From NCBI GenBank assembly GCA_039683575.1, contig JBDKRC010000109.1, positions 1 through 27,457 of the forward strand: a stretch of DNA of 27,457 nt, written 5' to 3'. Source of the DNA: Armatimonadia bacterium (GTDB lineage Bacteria; Armatimonadota; Zipacnadia; Zipacnadales; UBA11051). Below, piece by piece: positions 26,045 to 27,457 of the stretch (position 1 is the first letter of the stretch; every line of letters begins with the position of its first letter). The translations under genes and the position numbers were made by a program. The notes beneath the pieces are model-generated. The model was not told the DNA's origin and searched no databases. It was given only the letters and a program-made list of their open reading frames with translations.

Positions 26045-26135
26045 GGCGACGCCCCTGCGCTGATGTGCAGTCGCCATCATCCTCGACAACGCCTCGTCCT
26101 TCCGCCACGCGTCTCGCCCGCCTCCGACTCAGCCT

Positions 26136-26244
26136 CGCCCCGCCGTCTCTCCTGACCCCAACGGGGTCACCGAATATAGCCAGGGGTGAAACCCCTGGTT
26201 CCGCCGCCACCCTCCCCCTGACCCCAACGGGGTCACCCGCCGTC
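26136..26244 (+). repeat. Triple-hairpin repeat element, copy B
   Basis: CGCCCCGCCGTCTCTCC-TGACCCCAACGGGGTCA-CCGAATATAG-CCAGGGGTGAAACCCCTGG-spacer-TGACCCCAACGGGGTCA-CCCGCCGTC. Confidence 0.92.
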
Positions 26245-26330
26245 CAACTCGCCGAACTCCGGCCTCACCAGCACCCCGTTCTTCCCTCCTCGCGCTCCCT
26301 CTCCATTGCGTCGAGACGTAACCTTCAGGT

Positions 26331-26358
26331 TTGACAACCCACACACGCTATGCATAAT
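26331..26358 (+). promoter_or_regulatory. Sigma70-type promoter, probably leaderless or near-leaderless
   Basis: TTGACA(26331-26336)-16 nt-CATAAT(26353-26358); ATG at 26367 with no SD. Confidence 0.55.
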
Positions 26359-26366
26359 GGCTTCAG

Positions 26367-27230
26367 ATGTGGCACATGCACCGACCACTTTATTTCATCG
26401 TTTTCTCTACCGTTGTCTTCCTGTGCGGCTGCCGCGTCCCCTCCGAACCTGGCATTACGTCGGCCTCTGAGACCGTCTTCCTTGCGGCCCATCCCCTGCC
26501 ACCTGTCACGGCCACCATGGCCCGGCAACTAATCGCCGACGTTTGGGGGCCAAACGCGGGCCAGGTTGAAGTTCTGGAGCACAAAGTCTTTCCGGACATG
26601 TCCTCCCAGGTATGGAAGCTTCAGGCCGGGAAGCAGCTATACAGCGTCACGGGAGACCCTGTCTATGGCTGGAGTGCTTGCCTCACTCACTGGCAGAACC
26701 TGCCCACGCTCAACCAGCATACCCCGGAGCAGGCCCGGCAGGTTCTGCAACAGGTAGCTCGGCGGCGCTGGGGCTCGGTCTACGAGCGAATGGTGTGGAA
26801 GCTGCAGCCACGTCCGATGCCGCTCCAACTCCCGCCGGGCGGGCCACAACCTTCCGAGCCCAAAGGCTTCGAATTCGTCGCCTGTGAAGAGCTAACGCCA
26901 GATGTACTGACTGGAAACTGGATGTCCGCGTCCGCCGGCCCGGCGGGAGTGGTGTCCTATATGGAGATCCGTCCGCCCAATCACATGGAGCCGTCGAAGG
27001 TGCGGGTTTCGCGGAATCGGGCAATCAGGATTGCCCGCCGCGTCGCTGCAGCCGACCCCGAAGCTCCCAAGAGCTTGCGTCTCAAATGCGCCAGACTCAG
27101 CCTGTGGGGAGCCGGTGTGGCCGACCACGGCCCCGAGTGGATTGTGGAGTTTGAAGGCAACAGTCTCATCGAGATCAATGCGATGAACGGCAAGCAGATC
27201 ATCCCGGACATGGGCGGCCTCTCAGGCTGA
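26367..27230 (+). CDS. Hypothetical lipoprotein with a PepSY-like C-terminus
   Basis: Lipobox FLCGC; VSRNRAIRIARR...WIVEF...IEINAMNGKQI resembles PepSY/YcdB-like repeats. Start could be 26367 or 26376. Confidence 0.6.
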   Translation: MWHMHRPLYFIVFSTVVFLCGCRVPSEPGITSASETVFLAAHPLPPVTATMARQLIADVWGPNAGQVEVLEHKVFPDMSSQVWKLQAGKQLYSVTGDPVYGWSACLTHWQNLPTLNQHTPEQARQVLQQVARRRWGSVYERMVWKLQPRPMPLQLPPGGPQPSEPKGFEFVACEELTPDVLTGNWMSASAGPAGVVSYMEIRPPNHMEPSKVRVSRNRAIRIARRVAAADPEAPKSLRLKCARLSLWGAGVADHGPEWIVEFEGNSLIEINAMNGKQIIPDMGGLSG

Positions 27231-27246
27231 TCAGCGCCTCCCACTC

Positions 27247-27344
27247 CGCCCCGCCGTCTCTCCTGACCCCAACGGGGTCACCGAATATAGCCAGGGGTGG
27301 AACCCCTGGTACCGTCGCCACCTTCCCCCTTGACCCCAACGGGG
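27247..27344 (+). repeat. Triple-hairpin repeat element, copy C, interrupted in its last hairpin
   Basis: Near-identical to copy B up to TGACCCCAACGGGG (ends 27344), then switches to unrelated sequence instead of TCACCCGCCGTC. Confidence 0.9.
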
Positions 27345-27457
27345 CATACGCGTAAACTTAAGCTCTTTACGTCCATCCCGGTTCCGGCTACACTTGTAGC
27401 ATGGAAATCACCGAGCTTATCGGAACTGAGTGGCGATATGTGCTCGACATGCTGCCG
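27345..27457 (+). mobile_element. Left end of an IS4-family element (IS186/IS231-like)
   Basis: Begins CATACGCGTAAACTTAAG, resembling the CAT...AACTTAAG termini of IS186/IS231 (recalled, not searched). Followed by a TTTACG-17-TACACT promoter and an ORF. Confidence 0.7.
27401..27457 (+). CDS. IS4-family transposase, N-terminal fragment (runs off the right window edge)
   Basis: MEITELIGTEWRYVLDMLP... resembles the W..(V/I)L..LP start of IS186-like transposases; 56 nt inside the putative terminal IR. Only 19 codons are visible. Confidence 0.6.
   Translation, partial: MEITELIGTEWRYVLDMLP

Noticed and set aside
24647-27344. Triple-hairpin repeats as integron attC sites or a CRISPR array
   Set aside because: No RYYYAAC/GTTRRRY core sites at the boundaries, the enclosed genes face opposite ways and no integrase is seen. 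Spacing of 1-1.5 kb and the absence of cas genes exclude CRISPR.

Overview
High-GC bacterial chromosomal window, most consistent with Armatimonadota. This is an inference from two prepilin-like genes with the C-terminal H-X9-DG signature, a DUF6785/6784-type membrane protein, a UroD-like paralog and the general gene mix. It holds about 22 coding regions. These are two housekeeping genes (rnhB, mutL), a run of putative carbohydrate/small-molecule catabolic enzymes, several secreted or lipoproteins, a membrane hybrid sensor whose two DHp-like helices both lack the phospho-His, and the left end of an IS4-family (IS186/IS231-like) element at the right edge. The intergenic DNA is highly structured. 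(i) Six genes share an upstream AGG[A/T]-N18-GAA motif that matches the sigma-H (Spo0H)-type promoter consensus. (ii) GTAG-tagged REP/REPIN palindromes are frequent. (iii) Three co-oriented ~105-bp triple-hairpin elements (TGACCCCAACGGGGTCA...) bracket two orphan lipoprotein genes, and the IS4 element has inserted into the last hairpin of the third copy. (iv) Several genes look leaderless. No rRNA, tRNA or CRISPR array was seen. All family calls come from motif recognition by eye; no database search was run.
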